Positions 30,819 through 39,866 of a DNA stretch of 64,000 bases are shown one piece after another. The stretch lies in contig JBGTLG010000040.1 of assembly GCA_041744215.1 (NCBI GenBank), positions 1 to 64,000 on the forward strand. Direction: 5' to 3'. The position numbers were made by a program, and so were the translations under genes. Origin of the DNA: Fimbriimonadales bacterium (GTDB taxonomy: Bacteria > Armatimonadota > Fimbriimonadia > Fimbriimonadales > ATM1). The notes beneath the pieces are model-generated. The model saw nothing but the letters and a program-made list of their open reading frames with translations. It made no database searches and was not told where the DNA came from. Within the stretch, counting starts at the first letter, position 1. Each line of letters begins with the position of its first letter.

Positions 30819-32114
30819 ATGCCCGAAGAGATCCTCATGCCAGAGCTCGGCGAGAGCGTCCACGAGGGGACCGTCAGCAAATGGCTGAAGCAAGTTGGAG
30901 ACGCGGTTAAAGAGGACGAGCCGGTCGTCGAAATCATGACCGACAAGGTCAACACCGAACTTCAGGCGCCGGTCTCGGGCACCCTCATCAAAATCATCGT
31001 GCCCGAAGGAGAAAATGTCAAGGTTTTTGATCCGCTTGGCCTGATCGGCTCGCCCGACGAAGTTCCAGAGTCAGCCGCCGCACCCAGCGCATCACCCGTT
31101 GACTCCGACGCGGCGCCTACCAGCTCCAACGAATCCACCGCTAGCACCAACGACTCAGTCCAAAAGGTAGCGGGCCACCCCGAAACTGAAACGGAAGGAA
31201 GAAAATGGTTCACCCCAGTCGTTCGCGCGATCGCCAAAGAACATAAAATCTCCGACGACGAACTCACTTCGATCGCCGGCTCAGGCGGCGGCGGCAGAGT
31301 CACGAAGCGCGACCTCCAGGAATACCTCGGCGAGAGACCGACCACGAAGGCCCCCACCCCCACAACTGAAAAGAAGCCCGAGCCTGACCGCCCGGCAGCG
31401 CCGACCCAGCCCCGCCCAGACCAGGAAATTGTGACCCTTACGGGCATGCGCAAAGCTATTGCCGACGCGATGACGAAGGCGCACGTTATCCCAAGCGTGT
31501 CGACAGTCACCGCCGTTGACATGACCAAACTCGTCGAGTTTCGAAAGGTCAATAAAGAGTCCTTCCAGCAGACTCACGGAGTCCGGCTTACTTACACTCC
31601 GTTTTTCATCAAAGCGATCACGGAGTCCCTCGTTGAATTCCCAATGGTCAACAGCGCGATGTCGGACGACGGCAAGCTGATCGTCAACAATGCAGTGCAC
31701 ATGGGAGTCGCGGTCGCGCTTGGCGACGGCAGTCAGGGTCTCATCGTCCCCGTTATCCGAGACGCGCATAAGAAGAATCTAATCGAAATCGCACGCGAAC
31801 TCGAAGACATAGCCAAGAAAGCGCGAGACAGCAAACTCGATCTCGCGAGCATACAAGGTGGGACGTGCACGATTACGAACCCTGGAACTTATGGCGCGCT
31901 TTTCGGCACTCCTATGATCCCGCCGGGACAAGGCGCTATCGTCGGAACCTATGCGATCCAAGATACACCCGTTGCAATCAACGGCTCTCTCGCCGTCCGC
32001 CCGATCATGCACGTCGTTCTCTCGTACGATCATCGGATCATCGACGGGATGCTCGCTGGGGCTTTCCTAAAGTCGGTTCGCGATCGGCTCGAAGCGTTCG
32101 ACTTCTTTCGCTAA
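30819..32114 (+). CDS. Dihydrolipoamide acyltransferase E2
   Basis: Lipoyl EIMTDKV, E3-binding GSGGGGRVTK.D, DHRIIDG. Confidence 0.93.
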   Translation: MPEEILMPELGESVHEGTVSKWLKQVGDAVKEDEPVVEIMTDKVNTELQAPVSGTLIKIIVPEGENVKVFDPLGLIGSPDEVPESAAAPSASPVDSDAAPTSSNESTASTNDSVQKVAGHPETETEGRKWFTPVVRAIAKEHKISDDELTSIAGSGGGGRVTKRDLQEYLGERPTTKAPTPTTEKKPEPDRPAAPTQPRPDQEIVTLTGMRKAIADAMTKAHVIPSVSTVTAVDMTKLVEFRKVNKESFQQTHGVRLTYTPFFIKAITESLVEFPMVNSAMSDDGKLIVNNAVHMGVAVALGDGSQGLIVPVIRDAHKKNLIEIARELEDIAKKARDSKLDLASIQGGTCTITNPGTYGALFGTPMIPPGQGAIVGTYAIQDTPVAINGSLAVRPIMHVVLSYDHRIIDGMLAGAFLKSVRDRLEAFDFFR

Positions 32115-32183
32115 ACACTTGATGCGGCAACAAAATGGCGCAGCCCTATAAAAGGGCTACGCCTGAGGTCAGCGAGCATTCGC

Positions 32184-32606
32184 TTAACGCTGCGTTTGTC
32201 GGTTATCTCCGAACGGGGTGCCATCTGAGGGCGAATTGGCTGTTGCCGCCTTATTGCCATTCTCAGTTGGGAATCCGGCTTCATTCCACTCTGCTTTGCC
32301 GCCCTTGAAAACCGAGACATTGCTGTATCCCTGGCTCTCAAGTTCGGTAGCGAGCTTCGTCGAAGCGTCGCAGCCGTTGCCGCCGCAGTAGGCGATTACC
32401 TCTGCGTTCTTGTCTTGAAGCCTGTGCTGTGCGCCTGCCTTCGCCTCGTCGGCGGTCATGCGAAACGCGCCGGGTAGGTGCGCCTTGTCGAAATCTTCCT
32501 TGTTCGATGCTTCTATCAGATTGATAGGCTTTTTCTCGTCGATCCTTGACTGAACTTCTTCTCTGGTAAGTGTTTTCACGATGGCTTCCTTTTCGGTCGT
32601 GGCCAC
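32184..32606 (-). CDS. Single-domain rhodanese-like protein
   Basis: FDKAHLPGA, YCGGNGCDAS, GGKAEW. Confidence 0.85.
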   Translation of the reverse strand: MATTEKEAIVKTLTREEVQSRIDEKKPINLIEASNKEDFDKAHLPGAFRMTADEAKAGAQHRLQDKNAEVIAYCGGNGCDASTKLATELESQGYSNVSVFKGGKAEWNEAGFPTENGNKAATANSPSDGTPFGDNRQTQR

Positions 32607-32747
32607 AAAAACATGTGGTCCTAAGCCGTTCTACTCCGACTGCATGCGCGAACGCCAGATCAGACTAATTCCATCGGCTAAGTTGCAGGAATTGGCAGGT
32701 TCGCGCGAAACTGTGCCAATCGCGCAGACTGCGGTCGCACTACTCCG

Positions 32748-33164
32748 TCAGCGGGGTGACCATAACGCGCGCCCATCCGAATCGAGCGGCAAGAATTCAC
32801 TCTCGGCGCTCGCATCGTACGCCCAGCGTCTGCGGGTACCAGCTTTCGTCTGCGCGACGTCGACGTACACGAGGTCCGGCACCGGATCGGGCGGACTCCA
32901 CTGCACCCAATACCAACCCGTCACCGTCGGCAACTCTGTAGTCCAGCCAGTTTTTGGGAGAATGTCAGAGGCGGACGCTTTCGGCGATTGCGATGCAACC
33001 CACAAAACCGCGAGCACCGCCGCGATCACAAGGAGCCCAATCAAACCAATCGCGCGTAACAGCGGAACGTGGGCGGGGAACAACTGAGCCATCCAGCCCA
33101 AAAACGCGCCCCCCGCCACGATGAGCGGCACAACGATGATCGGCGCGAGTTTCAATCCGGACAT
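32748..33164 (-). CDS. Hypothetical membrane protein (2 TM)
   Basis: Two hydrophobic helices, then WTTELPTVTGWYW. Confidence 0.65.
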   Translation of the reverse strand: MSGLKLAPIIVVPLIVAGGAFLGWMAQLFPAHVPLLRAIGLIGLLVIAAVLAVLWVASQSPKASASDILPKTGWTTELPTVTGWYWVQWSPPDPVPDLVYVDVAQTKAGTRRRWAYDASAESEFLPLDSDGRALWSPR

Positions 33165-33194
33165 TAAGGAGAATTATCCCTTAGGTGCGACTAC

Positions 33195-33890
33195 TCACTT
33201 CAGCATTTCGTCGACCGCGCGCTCCGCGTGAATGCGCGTTGTGTCAAGAAGCGGAACGCCGCGATGTGCATCCGCGCGCAGAATCAAGGGCAACTCTGTC
33301 CCGCCAAGAATGATCCCTTCCGCGCCCTGATCGTCAATCAAACGATCGGCCACCGCCAGTAATCCCTGCCTCGTCTCGTCGAGGAGCACGCCGTGAAACA
33401 ACTCTGCGAAATACTTCTCGTTCACATACTCCTTGTCAGCGTCGCCCGGCACAACGATCTCAATGCCGCTCCGTGAAAACACATTCGGATAAAACTCTCC
33501 GTTCATTGTGATTTGCGTTCCGAGCAATCCAACACGCCGCAAACCCAACTGGTGTGCCTGCTTAGCAGTAGCTTCGACAATGCTGACAAGCGGAACCGCC
33601 GAACGCGGCGCGATCATATCGAACGCGATGTGCGGCGTGTTCGCTGCGATGATTCCGAAATCCGCGCCAGCGCTCTTCAGCCGTTTCGTTTCGCCAATAA
33701 GAAACTCCGCCAGCCCGTCCCAGTCCTCGGTAGGCATAAACTCCGCGAGGCGATAGAAGTTCATGCTTAGAATCACCATCGGCGGATTGCCTGCGTCTGG
33801 GTTTTTCTCGCGATGAATCTCGAGCAGCAGTTTGTAATAGTCGATGGTCGATTCCGGCCCGATCCCGCCAAGAATCCCAAGCGTCTTCAT
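33195..33890 (-). CDS. Aspartate/glutamate racemase family protein lacking both catalytic Cys
   Basis: GILGGIGPEST, IAANTPH, GLLGT, ILGGTELP. Confidence 0.88.
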   Translation of the reverse strand: MKTLGILGGIGPESTIDYYKLLLEIHREKNPDAGNPPMVILSMNFYRLAEFMPTEDWDGLAEFLIGETKRLKSAGADFGIIAANTPHIAFDMIAPRSAVPLVSIVEATAKQAHQLGLRRVGLLGTQITMNGEFYPNVFSRSGIEIVVPGDADKEYVNEKYFAELFHGVLLDETRQGLLAVADRLIDDQGAEGIILGGTELPLILRADAHRGVPLLDTTRIHAERAVDEMLK

Positions 33891-33935
33891 GCGCGAAGTG
33901 TCGCACAAATCCGCGCGACGGTGAGCCGCTGGGCG

Positions 33936-34292
33936 CTATGTCCCGAGCGGCTTCGGATGCAGAGCGACCGTCGCCTCCGTCGCAAACTTCGCCTTGACCC
34001 AGTCTTTGATCCCGCCTTCATAAATCCGCACTTGCTCATAGTCCTGCGCCGCGAGTTCCGCCGCGACCGCCCTTGATGCCTCGCACGCCCCGCCGCCGCA
34101 GTAAATCACGATGTCCGAGCTCTTGTTCGGAATCCGGTGGGCGGCGGCGCGCGGCGCGTCGACCGGCCCCATCCGTTCCGCGCCGGGCAGGTGCGCCTTG
34201 TCAAACTCCTCCCGCTCACGCGCGTCGATTAGGCTAAACCGCTTTTGAGAATCGATCTTCGCTTTGAGTTCAGGTCGGGTGATGGTGTCCAT
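33936..34292 (-). CDS. Single-domain rhodanese-like protein (paralogue)
   Basis: FDKAHLPGA, YCGGGACEAS, YEGGIKDW. Confidence 0.85.
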   Translation of the reverse strand: MDTITRPELKAKIDSQKRFSLIDAREREEFDKAHLPGAERMGPVDAPRAAAHRIPNKSSDIVIYCGGGACEASRAVAAELAAQDYEQVRIYEGGIKDWVKAKFATEATVALHPKPLGT

Positions 34293-34494
34293 TAGAGTGA
34301 GTTCGTCCTTCGGGTCGCAAACCTGCGATGCCCTCTCTGTCCTACTCCCCATCCCTCCGAAATCACCATTCCGCCGCGCGCGGCTCGCTTCGGGGAGCGC
34401 TATCCCCGACTCACGAAACGGCCCGAGGCCGCATGGCTCCCAGAGTCGCTCCTTTCACCCACGGAGCGACTGCTTACCCGTGATGAGCCAGTGC

Positions 34495-34620
34495 CGGGAC
34501 TCCGGGAATGGCTCCTCGCACTCGCGAAGCGTTGGGCCGCACTCAGGGAATGACTCTCCGCACTCAGGGAATGGGTGGCCGCACTCAGGGAATGACTCTC
34601 CGCACTCAGGGAGCCGCTCC
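34495..34620. repeat. 21-bp tandem repeat, 6 units, consensus CCGCACTCAGGGAATGACTCT
   Basis: Units at 34495, 34516 (degenerate), 34537, 34558, 34579, 34600; 34537 and 34579 identical. Confidence 0.9.
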
Positions 34621-34751
34621 CGGAAGCCGCAAGAAGGCGTTTTTGGGCGTGGGGGCGGAGTAGGCGCACTGGATGGAGACGGTTTCACACTCCATCTACC
34701 TTCCGAATCGCCCGCCAGGGCGAAACCCCCTCAATCGCATACAATACGAGA

Positions 34752-35740
34752 ATGAAGCAAAGCGCAGCAGCCTTCTTGCCGAGCTTGATGTTGTTCCCTG
34801 TCGCAGGCGCACTCGTCGGCGCGTTCTCGTCGCCAGCCCACGCCAAAGCAGGCGAGGGCGCGTATGCAGCAGTGCAGTCCGCTGCGGCGGCGAAGTTCGA
34901 TGATGCATTGCCATTCTCGGACGGCTTAGCAGGGGTGCAGATCGATCACAAGTGGGGTTTTATTGACAGACCGGCAGGATGGTCATCCCGGCGCAGTTCG
35001 ATTGGGCATGGCCATTTTCGGAGGGCTTAGCAGTGGTGGGGAGCGGTGGCAAACGGGGCTTCATCGACAAGACCGGCAGGATGGTCATCCCGGCGCAGTT
35101 CGATCGGGTATGGGAGTTCTCGGATGGCCTTGCGAAGGTGAGGATCGGTAGCTTCTGGATGGGCAAATGGGGCTTCATTGACAAAACCGGCAAGATGGTC
35201 ATCCCGGCGAAGTTCGATTGGGCAGGGTCATTCTCGGAGGGTTTAGCAGAGGTGAAGGTCGGAGACAAATTTGGCTTCACCGACAAGACCGGCAGGTTGG
35301 TCATCCCGGCGCAGTTCGATGGGCCAGGGCCATTCACGGAGGGCCTGGCAAGGGTGAAGATCGGTAGCAAAGAGGGCTTTATCGACAAGACGGGAAAGGT
35401 GGTCATCCCGGCGCAGTTTGATGGTGCAGGGTTCTTCTCGGATGGCCTTGCGAGGGTGAGGATCGGTAGCCTCTTGATGGGCAAGTCGGGCTTCATCGAT
35501 AGAACCGGCAAGATGGTCATCCCCGCGCAGTTCGATGAGGCAGGGCCATTCAGGGAGGGCCTGGCAAGGGTGGAGATCGGTGGCAAAATCGGTTTCATCG
35601 ACAAGACCGGCAAGCTGGTCATCGCGGCGCAGTTCGATGGGGCAGGGGGCTTCTCGGAGGGGTTGGCCGCGGTGGTTGTCGGCGGCAAACACGTCTTCAT
35701 CGACAAGACGGGAAAGGTGGTTATCTCCGGGCCGAAGTGA
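34752..35740 (+). pseudogene. Secreted WG-repeat protein (8 repeats) split by a 1-nt deletion near 34968
   Basis: First repeat reads GACAGACCGGC versus GACAAGACCGGC in sister repeats; ORFs 34752-35030 and 34979-35740 join into one protein; may be a sequencing error. Confidence 0.8.
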
Positions 35741-35945
35741 TCCGGTGACGGACGGGGCAGGAAGGAGTTTTTGCGCGTGTGGGCGAAATGTAACGGCGGA
35801 ACTGGCTCTTGCCAGACCGTGCCCCATAAGGCATCCCGGCAGCCTTCGGGGTTTTGCCATGCTGCAGCTCTTCCGCGCGGTGTGGCACAGCAGAAGGAAT
35901 GCCTTTGGACCCGGGACCGAAACTCTGAAAACCGTAAAGGAGGAA

Positions 35946-36803
35946 ATGATGAAACGAAACGCAATAGTCTTGATGCAGGGCGCGATGTCGCTTGCCTTTG
36001 CCGTCACCATGTCAGCAGCATGCTCTTCGCCAGCCGACGCAAAGGGAGGTGAGGGGGCACAATCTGGAGTTCAAGGCAAGAAGTACAGACTGGCCAACAG
36101 CGCAGAGGTCGGCGAGAAGCGCGTGTACATCGAGCTTCGCGGCGGATCCGAGACCGTCAATCCGACGCCCGCAGAGACGGAGGCTTACATTGCGAAGCAG
36201 AAGCGAGAAGGGGCTGCCGGCCGGGAGTACTATGGCGCGGCGGTACCAGCCAGCCGCCTCCAGCCAGCGCTGAAAAGGATAGAGGAGTCATTCCTGTCTC
36301 CCATCGAAGGAAGCGAGAAGATTTTTACGTGTAAGTCGGTAGAAAGCGGCATTGCGTCCTGGTCTGTGCCGGCTCTTGTCTGGACGGATGGCGGGGAAAA
36401 GTCCGTGGAGCTAACGCTGAAGATGAACAGCCAAGGCATTGTGGGTACTGCCGCCGAATTGGGCGAACTGAAGTCTCTCTGGACTTTTCTGCTGTGCACG
36501 AGGCAGTTTCCTGATCGCGAAGTAGCTGTTGGCGAGACGTGGAAGGACAAGAGCCATATCCGGGTCGGGTTCGTGGAGTTCGAGTGCAAGCTGGAAGAGG
36601 TCGGTAAGTTCGCCGGGCGCGATGCATTCAGGGTCAACTTCCGCACCATTCCTACATCGGAGACCTTTGAGTCTTTCAGCGGCTACGGTTGGTATGCGAT
36701 GAACAACGGCCAGTTGCTGGAGGGTTCGCTCGTCAGAAGTACGACCCAGATCGCCAATGAAGGCGAAGTTAGCCTGGTGAAGACCGGCATCAGGCTCAAG
36801 TGA
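35946..36803 (+). CDS. Hypothetical lipoprotein
   Basis: RBS AAGGAGG; lipobox-like SAAC; FPDREVAVGETW motif. Confidence 0.75.
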   Translation: MMKRNAIVLMQGAMSLAFAVTMSAACSSPADAKGGEGAQSGVQGKKYRLANSAEVGEKRVYIELRGGSETVNPTPAETEAYIAKQKREGAAGREYYGAAVPASRLQPALKRIEESFLSPIEGSEKIFTCKSVESGIASWSVPALVWTDGGEKSVELTLKMNSQGIVGTAAELGELKSLWTFLLCTRQFPDREVAVGETWKDKSHIRVGFVEFECKLEEVGKFAGRDAFRVNFRTIPTSETFESFSGYGWYAMNNGQLLEGSLVRSTTQIANEGEVSLVKTGIRLK

Positions 36804-36820
36804 CCTGAACCGGACTGTTA

Positions 36821-36847
36821 GGCCCCGAGGCTGTTCGCTTCGGGGCC
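36821..36847. terminator. GC-rich hairpin
   Basis: GGCCCCGAGGC / GCTTCGGGGCC. Confidence 0.5.
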
Positions 36848-36967
36848 AAGAAAGGAGCAAAGAGATTAACTGAGCTTCGTTCGTCGTGACCTCTTGCCCT
36901 CGTGATCGGGTTGCGAGAGGTGCGACGGTATACTCCCGAGCATCTTTAGGGAGGAGAAGAACCGCCC

Positions 36968-38026
36968 ATGACGCTTCTGATCGCCGCGCTCGCCATCGCC
37001 GCACCCAACGCCACGCAAGACCCCGCCCTCAAAATCAACGAGCGGCTGCTGCCGCGCGGGATCAGCGCCGACGCTGTGCGGAACGCCCACAACAGGCTGT
37101 CGAACCACCGGATCAACGCGGAAAAGGCGCTTGAGGAACAAACCAACCAGCGGCTCGCCACGTTCAACTCGGAACTGAAACCGATGCGCGACGCTTTCGA
37201 TGCGCTTCGCGCCCAAGACTCCAAGCTCAGCAACTTCATCACGCAATTCGACGCGATCACGGCCGACGACTTTCGCGCGGATCGAGAGAAAGCGCTCAAA
37301 GACCTCTTCGGGGCAAACCAGCCAATGCTTCGCGATGCGTATCGAAAAGTTGCGGCAGGAACAAACACGAAAGCGCGGCTCGCCGCCGCGACTGGAGTCA
37401 ACAAACATGGCGAGTTTGGCGGTGGGTGGCTGGAGCGCGGGCCGGACGTGCGCCACCTCATCAAGTCTCAGTTTTCCTACACCGCGCCCTATCCCGTTTC
37501 GCAAACGAAGAAGTACGCATCGTATAAGTCCACGGCGAACGCGTCGATCGATCCAGCGACGGCGCAGGTCTTTACGGACGTCTTTGGCAAAGGCTCTTGG
37601 GGAGGTTTGCCCTCCACGGCGTCGGGGATGGTCGGCGTCATCGTTCCGCCAAAGTCGGGCTCGACATCCGCCATCGTCGCGGTTTACTATGAATATAGTT
37701 TTGCCGGGGCGGTGTGGCCATATACGGGTCTTGTTAGCCTGGCGAGTTATCGGCTTGCCCTCGAGGCCGCGCCTGTCGATGGCAGTTCAGGCGCGCCGCT
37801 CGGGACTTCGAAAACATTGCTGGAGAGTGTGAGTTCGGGGTATGAGGATATTGAACGCTCAGCGACCGGCGATAGCGTCGCAGTGATGACGGTCCCGCTG
37901 CAGGGGTCGTCGTCCCATCTGCTCGTGACCGCCAGAGTCTCCGCATCCGTCAGCCTCCCCGTCAGCGGCGTGGCGAAGGTCGTCGCGAAGATGAAGATCA
38001 GTAAGATCGAAGTGACTTACAACTAA
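36968..38026 (+). CDS. Hypothetical secreted protein (coiled-coil N-half, beta-rich C-half)
   Basis: TATACT and GGAGG upstream; short hydrophobic N-terminus. Confidence 0.7.
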   Translation: MTLLIAALAIAAPNATQDPALKINERLLPRGISADAVRNAHNRLSNHRINAEKALEEQTNQRLATFNSELKPMRDAFDALRAQDSKLSNFITQFDAITADDFRADREKALKDLFGANQPMLRDAYRKVAAGTNTKARLAAATGVNKHGEFGGGWLERGPDVRHLIKSQFSYTAPYPVSQTKKYASYKSTANASIDPATAQVFTDVFGKGSWGGLPSTASGMVGVIVPPKSGSTSAIVAVYYEYSFAGAVWPYTGLVSLASYRLALEAAPVDGSSGAPLGTSKTLLESVSSGYEDIERSATGDSVAVMTVPLQGSSSHLLVTARVSASVSLPVSGVAKVVAKMKISKIEVTYN

Positions 38027-38481
38027 ACGTCGTCTTCGTCTTCCGTTTCTTCGTCCTCTTCTTCCGCCAGGTGGAATGTGAAGCGGGCATTCCCAAGCGA
38101 GAGTTGGTCGCCGTCGCCGATTTCGGTTGGGGTTTCGATGCGCTGGAAGTCTTCGCCGGGAACGAGGACGAAGGTGCCGTTGCTGGAGCCGAGGTCGGTG
38201 ATGGTCCATGCTCCTTCTGCGAACTCGATGACCGCGTGTTTGCGGGAGATATAGACCGCTTCCGCCAGCGGGGCGAGGTCGACGTCGATGGGCCCCATCT
38301 CCGGATCAAACCGCCCGATGACGGCGCGGCCGTTGATGGGGAAGGTGTCGCCTGTGACCACTCCGCTTCGGATGAGGTGGAGTTCTGCGACTGGGCCAGC
38401 GTGCGTTTCCTCGGCGTCGGTCTCTTCTGCACTCGGGGCTTCGAGTTCTTCCTCGTCTTCGATTCTGATGTCGTCGTTCAT
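38023..38481 (-). CDS. FHA domain protein
   Basis: IGR, ISRKHA, DLGSSNGTF; ATGA coupling to upstream gene. Confidence 0.9.
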   Translation of the reverse strand: MNDDIRIEDEEELEAPSAEETDAEETHAGPVAELHLIRSGVVTGDTFPINGRAVIGRFDPEMGPIDVDLAPLAEAVYISRKHAVIEFAEGAWTITDLGSSNGTFVLVPGEDFQRIETPTEIGDGDQLSLGNARFTFHLAEEEDEETEDEDDV

Positions 38482-39866
38482 TCGGTTTTCCTCCGTCCGA
38501 CCGCCGCGCTGATCGCGATCGCTACCGTGGCCATGATGAGTCCGACGAAGATCGGCGCGATGTCTGGGGCGTGGTCGGCGAGTTGTGTGTGCTTGAGGAG
38601 TGTGTACCACAAAACCACGGATCCCGACCCGGCGAGCAGTGCGGCGACGGCGGTGTGCGGGGCCAGCGGCTTGCGAATGGCGTAGGCGAAGAGGGTTGGG
38701 TAGAAGAGGCCGGGGATCGCGATTGCGCCGAGGTCGTACCAGAGATAGACGACGCTTGGGATCACCAGGGCAAGGACGATGGCGATGAGCGTCGCTGCGG
38801 CGATTCCGAAGCGGGTGTAGAGGACGGCTCGGTCTTCGGGAGCTTTTAGGAGGCGCATGGCGAGGTCGCGCCCGAGAGTGGAGCCGCAGACGAGCGTGTA
38901 GCCGACCATGGCGGACGTGATGACGCCGAACATCCCCGCGAAGAAGACGCCTTTGAGACCGGACGGAAGGATTTCGTTTCCGAAGAGCGGGAAGAGCGCC
39001 GCGCCGAGTTGTGGGTTCTGCATTGCGTGGAACGCGTACATCGCGACGCTGATGCTGAGGAGGTCGAAAACTACCCAGCAACCGACGCTGACGATGACGC
39101 CCAGCTTCGAGGTCTGTGCGTTGATGGCGGAAGCGACTCGCTGGTGGAAGCCCGGATCGACGAACGTCCAGCTTCCCAGAAAGAACCAGCTGAGCGCGTA
39201 CCAGTAGCCGCCCGGCACGAGGCTCTTCATCTCGGCGGGGAGTTGGGCGATTATCTCCCCAGGTGGGCCGTATTCGCGAACGGCGAAGACGAGGATCAGC
39301 GCAAACGAGATGTACATCATCACGAACGCGATCGTGTTGCTGCGGGCGTCGGCGAGCAAGCCTCCTCGGTAGAGGAACAGTGAGCCTCCGATCGCGCCAA
39401 CGATGATTGCGGGGACGAGGCCGACCTGAGTGGTGAGGTCGACAAGCGTTCCGAGCATGAAGACATGCGCGGCTGGCGCAGCGATCAAGACGATTAGGAG
39501 GGCAGCCAGTATCGCAGCGGGTTTGCCGTAAACTCGAGCGATGCGCTCGGGCAAGCTGATCTCCTCCTCACTCCGCACGCGTTTCGCCATAAAGAAAGCG
39601 AACGCGAGGCCGAACACGTAGTACGGCAAGCCCAGGATGACCCATGTGCCGACTCCGAACCAGGTGAACGCTTCGCCAACCCCGAGGATTCCCCCATACC
39701 AAGTCGTGACGAGCGTCGCGACGAAGAAGGGAAGCGTGAGCTTTCTTCCGGCCGCGATCATCTGGATCGCGGTGTTGTCGCGGAGCTTAGCTGAGAAGCC
39801 CAGCAGGAGGAACGCGGCTAGGACGGCCCCGACGACTGCGAAGTCCTGCCAGGCGAACGTTACCAA
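38478..39866 (-). CDS. Sodium:solute symporter family transporter (probable thiamine/precursor uptake)
   Basis: AAGRKL, ATLVTTWYGG, DPGFHQR; coupled to thiN. Confidence 0.85.
   Translation of the reverse strand: MVTFAWQDFAVVGAVLAAFLLLGFSAKLRDNTAIQMIAAGRKLTLPFFVATLVTTWYGGILGVGEAFTWFGVGTWVILGLPYYVFGLAFAFFMAKRVRSEEEISLPERIARVYGKPAAILAALLIVLIAAPAAHVFMLGTLVDLTTQVGLVPAIIVGAIGGSLFLYRGGLLADARSNTIAFVMMYISFALILVFAVREYGPPGEIIAQLPAEMKSLVPGGYWYALSWFFLGSWTFVDPGFHQRVASAINAQTSKLGVIVSVGCWVVFDLLSISVAMYAFHAMQNPQLGAALFPLFGNEILPSGLKGVFFAGMFGVITSAMVGYTLVCGSTLGRDLAMRLLKAPEDRAVLYTRFGIAAATLIAIVLALVIPSVVYLWYDLGAIAIPGLFYPTLFAYAIRKPLAPHTAVAALLAGSGSVVLWYTLLKHTQLADHAPDIAPIFVGLIMATVAIAISAAVGRRKTE

Noticed and set aside
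29505..30893. 462 aa minus-strand ORF
   Set aside because: Antisense shadow of the well-supported E1 beta gene
34495..34620. CRISPR array
   Set aside because: Units abut with a 21-bp period, no unique 25-45 nt spacers, no cas genes
34896..35740. Diversity-generating retroelement TR/VR
   Set aside because: Repeats are in-frame protein repeats, differences are not adenine-specific, no reverse transcriptase in the window
34960..35964. 334 aa minus-strand repetitive ORF
   Set aside because: Antisense reading of the WG repeats
38482..39081. Arg-rich N-terminal extension of the FHA ORF
   Set aside because: Alternative frame inside the SSS gene; ATG 38481 has an RBS and ATGA coupling
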